Counted from the first letter of the stretch, positions 1 through 19,739 are shown. The stretch: 64,000 nt of DNA from Eledone cirrhosa (GCA_964016885.1 OZ024740.1:350238001-350302000), one strand, 5' to 3'. Numbers and translations: made by a program. Notes: a model not told the origin generated them from the letters alone.

Positions 1-109
1 TCTTTCTTTCTTCTGTTTACAATTTTTCACTGCCAAATCAACTATTTCAAATACAAGTCGATGTTGAACGGTATGTCAAATCTATTTATCTATAAAACTG
101 TCTATATTG

Positions 110-175
110 TATTTTGTCTGAAGAAGGCATAACATATTGTTAATATGATATCCCTGAAATATATATAATGAAATA
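110..175 (+). ncRNA. Type I hammerhead ribozyme (family E PLE-type 3' end, 1-219)
   Basis: tattttgt-CTGAAGA-agg..cct-GAAA-tatata-TA-atgaaata: stem I 8 bp with 2 GU pairs, palindromic stem III. Confidence 0.75.
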
Positions 176-233
176 AAATATGGTTTTATAAATATAGTTT
201 CCATTTATTTAATATCGTATATATATATATATT

Positions 234-268
<35 letters not shown>

Positions 269-271
269 ATT

Positions 272-324
<53 letters not shown>

Positions 325-347
325 ATATATTCATATATATATATATT

Positions 348-398
<51 letters not shown>

Positions 399-399
399 T

Positions 400-438
<39 letters not shown>

Positions 439-447
439 ATATATATT

Positions 448-526
<79 letters not shown>

Positions 527-597
527 ATACATATATTTATATATATATATATATATATTTATATATAGATATATATATATTTATATATATATATATA

Positions 598-695
<98 letters not shown>

Positions 696-999
696 ATATA
701 TTTATATATATTTATATATAAGTTGAAAAAAGTGAAAACGAAATTTCTTTTCTCACTCTTAGTATGGCACTGTACGTCTGTATACATATATGTATGTACG
801 TATACATACATACTTACATTTAAGTAAGTGCCATACTAAGAGTGAGAAATGAAATTTCGTTTTCATTTTTTTCAACTTATCGTTTTCGGTATGCCTGACC
901 GATTTAACTCACTCAATATGCAAATTAGGCTGCTCAGACGTTAATTTTCATAAGGAAAGTATATACTTTCGAACGTTCAACTATCTGGCAGATGGGTAT

Positions 1000-1042
1000 A
1001 CGGTGCTGATGATAGCTAACAAGCTTGGAACTAGTACGTCGT
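1000..1042 (+). ncRNA. HHR family A copy 1 (GAAA mutated to GGAA, probably inactive)
   Basis: acggtg-CTGATGA-tagctaacaagctt-GGAA-ctag-TA-cgtcgt. Confidence 0.7.
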
Positions 1043-1296
1043 TCCTGTGTCAGTGTTGTACAAAAAGGTGACGTGGTTGCCTTAACACCGTATGGCATAA
1101 ATTCAGGCTGTTCAGTTTGTTTACAAACGAACAAAGCGGCGCTATAATAAGCGTCCGCTAAACTCATGCGTGCATATATGTATGTGTACCTGTATGTATA
1201 TATATGTATATATATATATATTTATATATATATATTTATATATTTATATATATATATATATTTATATATATATTTATATATATATATTTATATATA

Positions 1297-1341
<45 letters not shown>

Positions 1342-1499
1342 TTATATATATGTATATATTTATATATATATATATATTTATATATTTATATATATATATA
1401 TAAATATAAGTATGTGTTTCGTTTTCATTTTATTTCAACTTATATAAATATATATATATATATATATATAAATATAAATATATATATATATATTTATAT

Positions 1500-1548
<49 letters not shown>

Positions 1549-1549
<1 letters not shown>

Positions 1550-1776
1550 CTCTAGTCGATCGACTTTCGTCAAATCGGACCAAGGAAACAATGTTTCCGT
1601 TGGTCTTTCCAGTTGCTAGTACTATCTATCGGTCGCAACTCCAGGTAGAAGGAGCAAGGTGAAATAAAGTGTCTTGCTCAAGGACATAACGCATCGCCTG
1701 GTCCAGGAATCGAACTCACAACCTCAACATCCTCAACATTGTGAATCCAATTCTCTAACCATTCAGCTACACGCCT

Positions 1777-1780
<4 letters not shown>
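1549..1780 (-). mobile_element. tRNA-derived SINE (copy 1)
   Basis: Minus strand has A box TAGCTGAATGG, B box GTTCGATTCC and a CORE-like tgtccttgagcaagacact segment; repeated at 4245 and 6241. Confidence 0.75.
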
Positions 1781-1864
<84 letters not shown>

Positions 1865-1885
1865 AATATATATATATTTATATAT

Positions 1886-1933
<48 letters not shown>

Positions 1934-1934
1934 T

Positions 1935-2086
<152 letters not shown>

Positions 2087-2142
2087 TATATATATATATA
2101 TATAAATATATATATATAAATATATATATATATAAATATATG

Positions 2143-2299
<157 letters not shown>

Positions 2300-2530
2300 T
2301 GCTACTGTACATCTGTATACATATATGTATGTACGTATACATACTTACATTTAAGTAAGTGCCATACTAAGAGTGAGAAATGAAATTTCGTTTTCATTTT
2401 TTTCAACTTATCGTTTTCGGTATGCCTGACCGATTTAACTCACTCAATATGCAAATTAGGCTGCTCAGCCGTTAATTTTCATAAGGAAAGTATATACTTT
2501 CGAACGTTCAACTCTCTGGCAGATGGGTAT

Positions 2531-2573
2531 ACGGTGCTGATGATAGCTAACAAGCTTGAAACTAGTACATCGT
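2531..2573 (+). ncRNA. HHR family A copy 2 (intact core)
   Basis: acggtg-CTGATGA-t agc taacaa gct t-GAAA-ctag-TA-catcgt; predicted cleavage after 2567. Confidence 0.85.
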
Positions 2574-2723
2574 TCCTGTGTCAGTGTTGAACAAAAAGGT
2601 GACGTGGTTGCCTTAACACCGTATGGCATAAATTCAGGCTGTTCAGTTTGTTTACAAACGAACAAAGCGGCGTTATAATAAGCGTCCGCTAAACTGATGC
2701 GTGCATATATCTATGTGTACCTG

Positions 2724-2758
<35 letters not shown>

Positions 2759-2994
2759 TTGCTACTGTACGTCTGTATACATATATGTATGTACGTATAC
2801 ATACATACTTACATTTAAGTAAGTGCCATACTAAGAGTGAGAAATGAAATTTCGTTTTCATTTTTTTCAACTTATCGTTTTCGGTATGCCTGACCGATTT
2901 AACTCACTCAATATGCAAATTAGGCTGCTCAGCCGTTAATTTTCATAAGGAAAGTATATACTTTCGAACGTTCAACTATCTGGCAGATGGGTAT

Positions 2995-3037
2995 ACGGTG
3001 CTGATGATAGCTAACAAGCTTGAAACTACTACATCGT
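2995..3037 (+). ncRNA. HHR family A copy 3 (stem III ctag changed to ctac)
   Basis: Same motif with the palindrome broken. Confidence 0.75.
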
Positions 3038-3199
3038 TCCTGTGTCAGTGTTGAACAAAAAGGTGACGTGGTTGCCTGAACACCGTATGGCTTAAATTCA
3101 GGCTGTTCAGTTTGTTTACAAACGAACAAAGCGGCGTTATAATAAGCGTCCGCTAAACTGATGCGTGCATATATGTATGTGTACCTGTATGAATATATA

Positions 3200-3323
<124 letters not shown>

Positions 3324-3558
3324 TGCTACCGTACGTCTGTATACATATATGTATGTACGTATATATACATACTTACATTTAAGTAAGTGCCTTACTAAGA
3401 GTGAGAAATGAAATTTCGTTTTCATTTTTTTCAACTTATCGTTTTCGGTATGCCTGACCGATTTAACTCACTCAATATGCAAATTAGGCTGCTCAGCCGT
3501 TAATTTTCATAAGGAAAGTATATACTTTCGAACGTTCAACTATCTGGCAGATGGGTAT

Positions 3559-3601
3559 ACGGTGCTGATGATAGCTAACAAGCTTGAAACTAGTACGTCG
3601 T
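3559..3601 (+). ncRNA. HHR family A copy 4 (intact core)
   Basis: acggtg-CTGATGA...GAAA-ctag-TA-cgtcgt. Confidence 0.8.
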
Positions 3602-3859
3602 TCCTGTGTCAGTGTTGTACAAAAAGGTGACGTGGTTGCCTTAACACCGTATGGCATAAATTCAGGCTGTTCAGCTTGTTTACAAACGAACAAAGCGGCG
3701 CTATAATAAGCGTCCGCTAAACTGATGCGTGCATATATGTATGTGTACCTGTATGTATATATATGTATATATATATATATTTATATATATATATTTATAT
3801 ATTTATATATATATATATATTTATATATATATTTATATATATATATTTATATATATATT

Positions 3860-3896
<37 letters not shown>

Positions 3897-4050
3897 ATTT
3901 ATATATATGTATATATTTATATATATATATATATTTATATATTTATATATATATATATAAATATAAGTATGTGTTTCGTTTTATTTCAACTTATATAAAT
4001 ATATATATATATATATATATAAATATAAATATATATATATATATTTATAT

Positions 4051-4138
<88 letters not shown>

Positions 4139-4191
4139 TAAGTATGTGTTTCGTTTTCATTTTATTTCAACTTATATAAATATATATAAAT

Positions 4192-4244
<53 letters not shown>

Positions 4245-4245
<1 letters not shown>

Positions 4246-4470
4246 CTAGTCGATCGACTTTCGTCAAATCGGACCAAGGAAACAATATTTCCGTTGGTCT
4301 TTCCAGTTGCTAGTACTATCTATCGGTCGCAACTCCAGGTAGAAGGAGCAACGTGAAATAAAGTGTCTTGCTCAAGGACATAACGCATCGCCTGGTCCAG
4401 GAATCGAACTCACAACCTTAACATCCTCAACATTGTGAATCCAATTCTCTAACCATTCAGCTACACGCCT

Positions 4471-4474
<4 letters not shown>
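4245..4474 (-). mobile_element. tRNA-derived SINE (copy 2)
   Basis: Near-identical to 1549-1780. Confidence 0.75.
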
Positions 4475-4520
<46 letters not shown>

Positions 4521-4535
4521 TATATATATTTATAT

Positions 4536-4683
<148 letters not shown>

Positions 4684-4716
4684 AATATATATATATAAAT
4701 ATATATATATATAAAT

Positions 4717-4833
<117 letters not shown>

Positions 4834-5068
4834 TGCTACCGTACGTCTGTATACATATATGTATGTACGTATATATACATACTTACATTTAAGTAAGTGC
4901 CATACTAAGAGTGAGAAATGAAATTTCGTTTTCATTTTTTTCAACTTATCGTTTTCGTTATGCCTGACCGATTTAACTCACTCAATATGCAAATTAGGCT
5001 GCTCAGCCGTTAATTTTCATAAGGAAAGTATATACTTTCGAACGTTCAACTCTCTGGCAGATGGGTAT

Positions 5069-5111
5069 ACGGTACTGATGATAGCTAACAAGCTTGAAAC
5101 TAGTACATCGT
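5069..5111 (+). ncRNA. HHR family A copy 5
   Basis: acggta-CTGATGA...GAAA-ctag-TA-catcgt (first stem I pair mismatched). Confidence 0.75.
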
Positions 5112-5261
5112 TCCTGTGTCAGTGTTGAACAAAAAGGTGACGTGGTTGCCTTAACACCTTATGGCATAAATTCAGGCTGTTCAGTTTGTTTACAAACGAA
5201 CAAAGCGGCGTTATAATAAGCGTCCGCTAAACTGATGCGTGCATATATCTATGTGTACCTG

Positions 5262-5378
<117 letters not shown>

Positions 5379-5613
5379 TTGCTACTGTACGTCTGTATAC
5401 ATATATGTATGTACGTATACATACATACTTACATTTAAGTAAGTGCCATACTAAGAGTGAGAAATGAAATTTCGTTTTCATTTTTTCAACTTATCGTTTT
5501 CGGTATGCCTGCCCGATTTAACTCACTCAATATGCAAATTAGGCTGCTCAGCCGTTAATTTTCATAAGGAAAGTATATACTTTCGAACGTTCAACTATCT
5601 GGCAGATGGGTAT

Positions 5614-5656
5614 ACGGTGCTGATGATAGCTAACAAGCTTGAAACTAGTACGTCGT
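5614..5656 (+). ncRNA. HHR family A copy 6 (intact core)
   Basis: acggtg-CTGATGA...GAAA-ctag-TA-cgtcgt. Confidence 0.8.
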
Positions 5657-5856
5657 TCCTGTGTCAGTGTTGTACAAAAAGGTGACGTGGTTGCCTTAAC
5701 ACCGTATGGCATAAATTCAGGCTGTTCAGTTTGTTTACAAACGAACAAAGCGGCGTTATAATAAGTGTCCGCTAAACTGATGCGTGCATATATGTATGTG
5801 TACCTGTATGTATATATATGTATATATATATATTTATATATATATATTTATATATT

Positions 5857-5887
<31 letters not shown>

Positions 5888-5910
5888 TTATATATATATA
5901 TTTATATATA

Positions 5911-5957
<47 letters not shown>

Positions 5958-5976
5958 ATTTATATATATATATATT

Positions 5977-6007
<31 letters not shown>

Positions 6008-6074
6008 ATATTTATATATTTATATATATATATATAAATATAAGTATGTGTTTCGTTTTCATTTTATTTCACCT

Positions 6075-6174
<100 letters not shown>

Positions 6175-6189
6175 TATATATATATAAAT

Positions 6190-6224
<35 letters not shown>

Positions 6225-6240
6225 AATATATATATATATA

Positions 6241-9227
<2,987 letters not shown>

Positions 9228-9711
9228 AATTGTCATAAAATATAAACACACATACGCACGGAATCACTACTATTAAAGACCAGAGACCAATTCTGTAGAA
9301 TCAGGTTTATTCATTGACAGACCATGCCTTTGTGTGACCAACACATCCATGTTAAACCCTGCACGTGCACACACATATATCTATATATATATGCGCACAC
9401 AGAATTCACCACTGTCGGTTGCGGGGCCCAATCTACATGAAGAACTCAATGTGATCAGAATGACTTCTATTTTAATTTCACTGCCCCAACTTCTTATATT
9501 ATGGAAAAAATATATGTGTCTGTATGTATATATATATATATATATATTTGAAGGCCATTTCTCTGTGTGTGGGTGTATGTATGTGTATATGTGTGTGTGT
9601 GTGTATGTGTGTGCATGTGGACGTATGTATTGTGTGTGCGTGTGTGTGTGTGTGTGTATGTATGTGGGTATCTGGATGTATGCGTATGTGTATATATATA
9701 TATATATGCGC

Positions 9712-9744
<33 letters not shown>

Positions 9745-9857
9745 TGTGTGTATGTGTGTATATATATGTGTGGGTGTGTGTATGTTTGTATGTGTGTATG
9801 TATATATATATATGTGTGTGTGTGTATATATATATGTGTGTGTATGTATGTGTGGGG

Positions 9858-9891
<34 letters not shown>

Positions 9892-9894
9892 GTG

Positions 9895-9925
<31 letters not shown>

Positions 9926-9964
9926 ATGTATGTGTGTATCTGGATGTATGTGTATGTATATATA

Positions 9965-10017
<53 letters not shown>

Positions 10018-10473
10018 ATGTGTATATATGTGTGTGTGTGTATGTGTGTATGTATATGTATGTGTGTGTGTATGTATGTGTGTATATGTATATATATGTA
10101 TATATATATATGTATATGTATATGTATGTATGTGTGGATGAAGGTATGTGTGTATATATAGGTGTAAGTGCACTAAATCCCTTTCTATCCCGCTCCACTC
10201 TCCTACCCATCACAGGAAGATATGTGTATGTATATTGCTTCCACCCCCTCACTGACCAGCAGCTGGCCAGTTGGTGATTGCTAAATATGACCTTTATAAA
10301 ATAACCCACACCCCAAATAACTTCTCATTCACTACCAGAAAGGGACACAGCAGTCAACCTGTTGTTGCTACCTAGATGAAAACTGCTATGAAATCCCACA
10401 ATGGATTTTATACTTGAATTTTCAAGTCTCAAATTTTAACTCTTCGTATTATTAATTTTTCTTAATATTAATC

Positions 10474-10521
10474 AACATTTGAAAAGATGGCTTTTGCAGA
10501 CCCATCGAAACCGGTCATTTT
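10474..10521 (+). ncRNA. HHR with U3:A8 core variant
   Basis: aacat-TTGAAAA-gatgg..ccatc-GAAA-ccgg-TC-atttt; lies about 100 nt before a (TA)n junction and may be the 3' end of the upstream PLE. Confidence 0.6.
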
Positions 10522-10636
10522 TTATACCCTTTATTATTTCCTTACCTTATAAAATTATGTTTTTTCACAAAAAAGTATTCTGTCTCTTATATATTCCATG
10601 TGCCATTACCAACCTCAATTTTCTCTATAAATATAT

Positions 10637-10745
<109 letters not shown>

Positions 10746-10746
10746 A

Positions 10747-10778
<32 letters not shown>

Positions 10779-10784
10779 TTATAT

Positions 10785-10934
<150 letters not shown>

Positions 10935-10947
10935 TATATATATAAAT

Positions 10948-11145
<198 letters not shown>

Positions 11146-11149
11146 TAAA

Positions 11150-12590
11150 ATCCAGAATTAGAGAAATCCGCTGGGTCGTCGCAAAAATAATCAAAGTAGC
11201 TGCATGGCAATTTAGATAAATGTCGTGAGGAAAGAATCATTTCTGTCGTTTTGGGTCTATGTCCTCTATCAAGGAAGGGAAGAGAGCTTTTTGTATTTAT
11301 AATTGAAATATATCCTGGATTAGTAGTAGTAATGGAGAGGAGAGATATAAAGTTTGGTTGAAAGTGGTTTCTGGATTGGGGAGAGTGAATGTGGATGATG
11401 GGTGAAAGGTTATTAATGTAAAACAAAAAATGGAAGGAAGAAGCAATTGCAGTTGTGTGAGCGCGCGCGTGTTTGTGTGTGTTTGTCTGTGTGTGCGCGT
11501 GTGTTAGTCGGTGTAAATGTGCACGTCAATGTCAGTGTGTGGATAGTTCAGTATTGTCTGTGAGTCTATTTGTCTTAGGGAGTGTAATTAGAACGACTTC
11601 AGCCAATTGTTGATGTCATGAGAGGTGAACGGGCCCGATTTGAATAAAAATGTTTGAGATATATTATAGAATGAAGTCCCTGGTGCTGAAGTAATCAGAA
11701 GACAAAATGGTTGTAGTGTCAATGGGGAATATATATACACAGCTGCGATCTGCCAACCATCGGCCAGTTTCGACTGTCTACAGTTCACATTATACAGTTG
11801 GCAATCAATGCAGTAGGTTTTATTTTTTTACATGAATGAGGCATGAGTAAAATGTTAGGAAACTTGGAATCTGGGTTTTGAACTTCATTGGATTGTAATG
11901 AAGTGGTAGGTGTTGTAAAAGAAACAAAGGATATGGTAGTTACAGTGTGACTGGAGCGAAATAAGTCCTGATCGGAGGATCGTGTTTTAATGAGAGCAGT
12001 CAGTGTTCAGAAAGATTGGTGCGGGACTGTAAATAACGGAGTAGAAATAACGGAGAATAACCTACTCGAAGGACTGGCTGACGAGCTGGAAGGCGAGCAA
12101 CAAAAGAAGTGTATTAGGCAGGTATGTGAGGTGGTGGGTGATGGAAATACGGACAATAGCTTAAGTTCTGTGAACCCAGAGTGCAGATGCCCTCATTCAA
12201 TTAAGAAGTGGAGAATTTAGAGTGATGTGGAACTCAAAGCGGAATGTTTGCTACAAAATGCCGGAAATGGAAAAATTGTGAGAAAAAGGGTGGCAGATTC
12301 CATGTAAGTGGAGAAGGGAGGGGGGTGGGGGAAATTATTGGAGACAGAATAGGGAGTCGATGTGTTTTTAAGAGATGGTGGTGGTGACTTGGGGATTGTC
12401 AATGGAAACGAAGACGTCTAAAAATATGATGGAGTTTTCGGAAATGGTGGAGATGAATTCCAATGTGGTATGGAAAATGTTAACGTAGGAGATTACGGAG
12501 ATGAGCTGCACACGGATAATTGACCTGCTGGTAGTATTCACCGGATAAAGCTATTCAATTGACCATATACTTGCACTACAAAATCGTTTG
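11150..12590 (-). pseudogene. Highly decayed PLE (RT C-terminus and GIY-YIG remnants)
   Basis: Minus-strand fragments YVNIFHTTLEF..SENSI, DVFVSID, FSQFF and ETGRWLADR resemble PLE RT thumb and GIY-YIG motifs. Confidence 0.55.
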
Positions 12591-13733
12591 TAACGATTAG
12601 GCAAAGTCGTTTGAGCATCGGAGAAAATACTTTCCGATACTTATCCCAACCCACTCTATTCTTAATTTAAATAATACCCAGGTCATTATTGCTTTTCATC
12701 TTTTCGGATCGATAAAATAAAGTACATTTCGATATTTTGATGTTTTTAGTTCAAACCTGACCAAGCCAATTCTTGTCTTTTAACGTTCCGGTGTGGACAG
12801 AGTGCGATAAAATATGTACCATGCAAGAAGTTGATCATGGTAGATGAATATACGCCTCATTAAAATAAATCCGTTTTTCTATCTCTCTTTGAGCTAGAAA
12901 TCAATATTTTAAATTTAATAAATTTAAAAAAATACAGACCATATTTATTTTATAAGAAAAAAAAAGTGTAATAAAACAAACATACAGGGAAACAAATTCT
13001 CTGAAAATATACAAGAAAGAATCCTATAAACAAGCTTCGATTTTTTATTAAGACCGTTATATCCAATTGGATACACAAAAAGAAATATTAAAGAAATTAT
13101 ATACTTTTTAAATTTGTAAAATGTAACACAACACAAAATAAATAAATAAATAAATAAATAAAATAAATTTGCAACAAAATGTTCCCATTAGTGCATCTTC
13201 CTTTTTTTCAGTGGATTTATAACATATTTTTTCTTAATTCGATGAAAGATATTCCTGAACACGATAACTGTTAAATTATTTTCTATAATGTGTCCTGTAC
13301 AGAAAAAAATAATTCAAATAAATAAACAAATAAAAAGCGTAGAGACAAAAAAAATGATGAAAATAAACCGAAAAGAAAGGAGAACTAATGTGCTGACTCT
13401 ATTATTTTCTTTAGAAATCTAAAAAAAACCCAAAAAACCCCAAAAAACAAACAAAAAAAATAATCTAGGTCACTTCTCCGATTTTCTAAACCTTTATTTT
13501 TTACTTTGATTTTTATAATAAAAAAATAGCAGTTGTTATATTGTTTGTATTTTATTTTGTTTCATTTAATTTTACTTTATTTCATTTTAAGTTAATGTTG
13601 CTGAAAAATGTCGTTTCGCGTGTCTTGTGATTTTTGAAATCTGCTAGCGTTGACTATTTCCAGCTATTTTTTTAATATACAAGTTTTTTTCCGTGCTTTG
13701 TATTATTTCATTGGGATTTTAATTGTTGTTGTG

Positions 13734-13834
<101 letters not shown>

Positions 13835-15041
13835 GCTTTACCGCTTTTCTTTTCCCATTATTCTCTCAAATCATTGAACATGTTTTTTCCTTATTCGCTA
13901 AAAATATAAACTCTTTCTTGTGAATTGTTATTATTTTTACTCCGCTTCTTATATTTTGCATCTTTCGTTCTCCCCAAGCTTAACCATATCTCTGCTGCTG
14001 TCTACTTAAAATTATCTTGGAAGATTTTCTTTATATTAATACATAGTCACATAATCTCAGAGTTATAGGGTGGGAGCAAATTTGATGGGGCCGTATTAGA
14101 CTTTGAAAATTCTTTGGTTGGATTCATCTTCTCCTAATGGAATAATCTAAAAACTACAAATTAATTGCTTTTCGTTCAAAATTAGATTTTGCTCATCAAT
14201 GTCTATAGTTGTTTCAGACAGTCTTAGCGTGTTGCATGGTGTTGTGCAATTGTATAGGAATATCCTTGGTAAACCAGTTAACGTTTTCTCGCACATTATC
14301 TTTAACAGTTTAGCCTGGAAGGGAACGTCTGCATCGATGACCATTTTCTCCCGACTCTGGTGGGCGGAAAGGAGATTGTTATCTTCAAAGCAAAAGGCAG
14401 GCCCGAATACTTGCAACAGTGTGAACTCCATTAAAATCACCCAAACATCCAAAATCACCCAAACATCCCAGATTAACTCTATCACAGAAGAATTCAGGAA
14501 ACAAAAAGCCAGAACAAATACCAGAAAACGTATCGCTTATCGATTCTGTCAATCTACCACACTGAACTGCTACTTTATTTTATCGATCCAAAAATATGAA
14601 AGCAATATTGACCTTGGTGGAATTTAAATTCAAAATAGAGTGGACCATGATAAGTTATACAAAGTATTTCCTCCGATGTTCTAACGATTCTGCAAAATCG
14701 TTGCAAACTAGAAATTTAGTAGTGCAAGTACATGGCCAATTGCATACATTACTGTTTTCCAATAGAGAACATCTATGTGGTCGTTCAACGTGCTGAACAT
14801 GTGATATAGATGTCATGGTTTGAACTCTTTGTTCATATTTCTACTGAATAATGATTGGCCTAGGGCTAAACAGCAACAACAGTACTGGTGTATATAAGTG
14901 ATTAAACTCCTTCAGTCTAGTGAATGAAACCACAATACACACATATATATATATGTTAAATAAAGTAACCAATAAGTTTGTAGAGAATAAGTATATTTAT
15001 TTAATATAGGAATGACGTCAACATGACTAAAACTGTTTCAT

Positions 15042-15106
<65 letters not shown>

Positions 15107-15402
15107 CTTCGTTTTTGTATTTGTTTTGTAAGATTTTTGATGTCAAACCGTGTGTTGAAACATATATACATTCATACATACATACACACACAGATACACA
15201 TACATACATACATTTATACACACACACACACATACATACATACATACACACATACATACATACATACACACATACATATACATACGAGGTACACACAAGA
15301 GGTTTGGATACTTTATATCATAGAGACATCTATTTAACTCAGATCATACCTATCAGTCTTGAAGCCCATATCAGTCAAGTATATATATATATATGTATGT
15401 AT

Positions 15403-15516
<114 letters not shown>

Positions 15517-15539
15517 GTGTATATATATATATATATAAT

Positions 15540-15976
15540 GAAAACACACACAAGACAAAATGAAAACACACACACACATAGAACAAACAACCAACCAACA
15601 ATAAATAAATAAATAAACAAACAAATATAAATATAAAAATAGAAAAATAGAAAAATGAACACAAACACACACAGACACCCGGATGTGGCGCATGCGCAAA
15701 CTGAGCACGCAACCCACACACAAACAAAATGGCGTAGGATAGAAGAAAGGAAAGGCACAGAAACGAAGAAAGAAATCCCCAGTCACTGAAGAGGTCACAG
15801 AGTGTGTGACGAAAGAACTATGACTATATATATATAAACAACTATCTGGTTGTGGAACCAACCAACCAACCAGAAATTTATAAATTTGTAAATTTATAAA
15901 TATATATTAAATTAAATTGAAGTGAAAGCAACTGGTGCGTGTGTTTCTTATTGGCAACATGACCCTCCCAAAGTAT

Positions 15977-15982
<6 letters not shown>
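15540..15982 (+). mobile_element. Non-coding PLE-type 3' end (family K) with HHR at 15781-15825
   Basis: agtca-CTGAAGA-g gtcac..gtgac-GAAA-gaac-TA-tgact; ends in (TA)n; inverted copy at 24460-24730. Confidence 0.75.
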
Positions 15983-16025
<43 letters not shown>

Positions 16026-16048
16026 CATATATATATATGCATATATAC

Positions 16049-16081
<33 letters not shown>

Positions 16082-16164
16082 CATATATATATACATATAT
16101 ACATATCTATATATATATATACATATATACATATATATATATACATATATATATACATATATAC

Positions 16165-16218
<54 letters not shown>

Positions 16219-16534
16219 GCATATATACATATATATACATATACATATATATATACATATATATATATACATATATATATATACATATATACATATATAT
16301 ACATATACATATACATATATATATACATATATATATATACATATATATATATACATATATATATATACATATATACATATATATATACATATATATATAT
16401 ACATATATATATATATACATATATACATATATACATATACATATATATATACATATATATATATATATACATATATATACATATATATATATATACATAT
16501 ATATATACATACATATATACATATATACATATAC

Positions 16535-16589
<55 letters not shown>

Positions 16590-16606
16590 CACATATATAT
16601 ATATAC

Positions 16607-16639
<33 letters not shown>

Positions 16640-16826
16640 CATATATATATACATATATATATATATACATATATATATACATATATATATACATATATAT
16701 ATATACGTATATATATATATACATATATATATACATATATATATATATACATATATATATACATATATATATATATACATACATATATATATATATACAT
16801 ACATATATATATACATATATATATAC

Positions 16827-16873
<47 letters not shown>

Positions 16874-16924
16874 CATACATATATATATATATACATATAT
16901 ATATACATATATATATATACATAC

Positions 16925-17022
<98 letters not shown>

Positions 17023-17128
17023 ATATATATACATATATACATATTTATACATATATACATATATATATATAAAATGAGAAATTGGTGCTCTGAAATAGCG
17101 ATATATATATATATATATATGTATATAT

Positions 17129-17393
17129 AGTGTATTTTGCAATACACTGTTTGCTTAATTAAAAGCATTTTGAAGACCTTACGCTATTGTTTTAGAGTAG
17201 AGACAGTCTCACTTACTTTAAATTTTCAACAAACAGGGCTACTTAGCTTTGATAAGTACCAAACAGAGCTCTGTCAGCTTTATCTCCCCCTGTTTGCTGA
17301 AAATTTCAAGTAAGTGAGACTGTCACTACTCTAAAACAATAGCGTAAGGTCTTCAAAATGCTTTTAATTAAGCATACACTGTATTGCAAAATA

Positions 17394-17397
<4 letters not shown>
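17129..17397. repeat. Fold-back (arms 17129-17238 and 17288-17397) between (TA)n tracts
   Basis: 110-bp arms are near-perfect reverse complements. Confidence 0.9.
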
Positions 17398-17484
<87 letters not shown>

Positions 17485-17489
<5 letters not shown>

Positions 17490-18150
17490 GTGTTAAACGA
17501 TATTCAATGATTATGTCAAAGAATGAGTTTTACAGTAGCTTGGAAGCACTCTACGAAAAAATAATTTTCCGGAGTTATTAATATTAAAATATAAATATTA
17601 ATAAAATAGATGTTCTTTTGATCAATTACATTTTATTATACATATTTCGGATGTACAACAGTACGTCCTCATCAGACAAAATATAATGATACATGACATA
17701 CCCTTAGATGTTAAATGGTTCCAAGAGAAAGTTTTACATATATAGCCTAATTATGAAAAATGCGAAAACGTAATAAATTCATTAGAGAAAGTGTGAGTAA
17801 GAAAAAACGTTGCTTACTGTAACTGTTCTAAAGGTTTTAAAATGTATGATACTACGATATATCTAGGAAAACGTCTCATGAATCATAACACTGTACGGCT
17901 TAATTCGGGCTGTTTGTTTACAAACAAACCGAACATTATAATAAATGTTCGGTAAACGCACACGTACCTATATATATGTGGGCATGTATGTATATATATA
18001 CATACTACTGTACGTCTGTATACATATATGTATGTACGTATACATACTACACTTTCTCTTGGGTTAATCACTACCTTGATTAAATCTTAACCATTTAACA
18101 TCTAAGGGTATGTCATGTATCATTATATTTTGTCTGATGAGGACGTACTG
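17485..18150 (-). mobile_element. Family C PLE-type 3' end with intact HHR (17630-17682, minus), an internal family-A-like segment and a short inverted arm (~18050-18150)
   Basis: Minus: attttgt-CTGATGA-ggacgtac tgtt gtacatcc-GAAA-tatgta-TA-ataaaat; homolog at 32541-32990. Confidence 0.8.
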
Positions 18151-18664
18151 ATAGATAGATAGTTAGATATATAGATAGTTAGATAGATAGTATATGAATT
18201 TTAAGAGAGAAACACCAGCTGTTTAATGGCTTCTTTGAAGTCCGTAGCTGCTTTATTCTATATAACTTTACTATAACTATTTGTATAGAAAACCCAACTG
18301 TCAAATTATTCTTTCAAATACACTAACATCTGTTCGCAGCTCCTCTTCTTTATTAAGATAGCTTACATACTAACATTTTCTGGCTGGAAACCAAATTGTT
18401 GAGTTGACAGCGTCAGAAATAATGCACTTAGCTATACACTCACGCTTATTAAGAACTAGTGCAAGTGAAATTTTCGATAACTCTTTTAAGTTGTTCTTTA
18501 AATGATTACTGTTGAATTTCAGAATTCTTGTGATTACAGATAAGCGGATTTTCTTTCTTTCGTAATCTATTTATTTATTTATTTTCGTACGTAAGTTAGT
18601 CAAATTGGAGCCTAACAGCAAATATTGTTCAACATTTGTATTTACCACCGTTCATAGTGTGCGG

Positions 18665-18743
<79 letters not shown>

Positions 18744-18890
18744 GGATACTATTTATAGTTATGTATATTTTAAACTATAAGCAGGGATGGTCAGTGATTT
18801 ATTACTACCTTATTACCAGTAAGATATATAGCTCAATGTAAGAACATCAGTTGTTTTACACAGCAGTAATATAGAATACACAAGAATCAA

Positions 18891-19356
<466 letters not shown>

Positions 19357-19452
19357 ATATATATATAAATAAATAAATATATATATATAAAAATGTATAT
19401 ATATAAATGTATATATATATATATATATATAAGTATATATATATATAAATAT

Positions 19453-19532
<80 letters not shown>

Positions 19533-19588
19533 ACGAAGGGAAATGTGGTAAGGAACCAGGTGGACCATATTTATATATATATATAAAT

Positions 19589-19622
<34 letters not shown>

Positions 19623-19669
19623 TTATAATATATATATATAAATATATATATTATATTTATAGATATATA

Positions 19670-19739
<70 letters not shown>

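Noticed and set aside
1549-1780. tRNA genes at A/B-box sites
   Set aside because: No cloverleaf; the boxes are followed by SINE bodies
11235-11290. Possible HHR in the decayed PLE 3' UTR
   Set aside because: Core and stems too degenerate to assign
14147-14627. Possible host exon or transposase remnant
   Set aside because: No recognisable motif and no convincing splice structure
17129-17397. Fold-backs as pre-miRNAs or TA-targeting MITEs
   Set aside because: Most analogous structures have asymmetric arms matching one-armed copies elsewhere and contain HHRs. This one and 26593-27108 lack a clear HHR, so a MITE origin is not fully excluded for them
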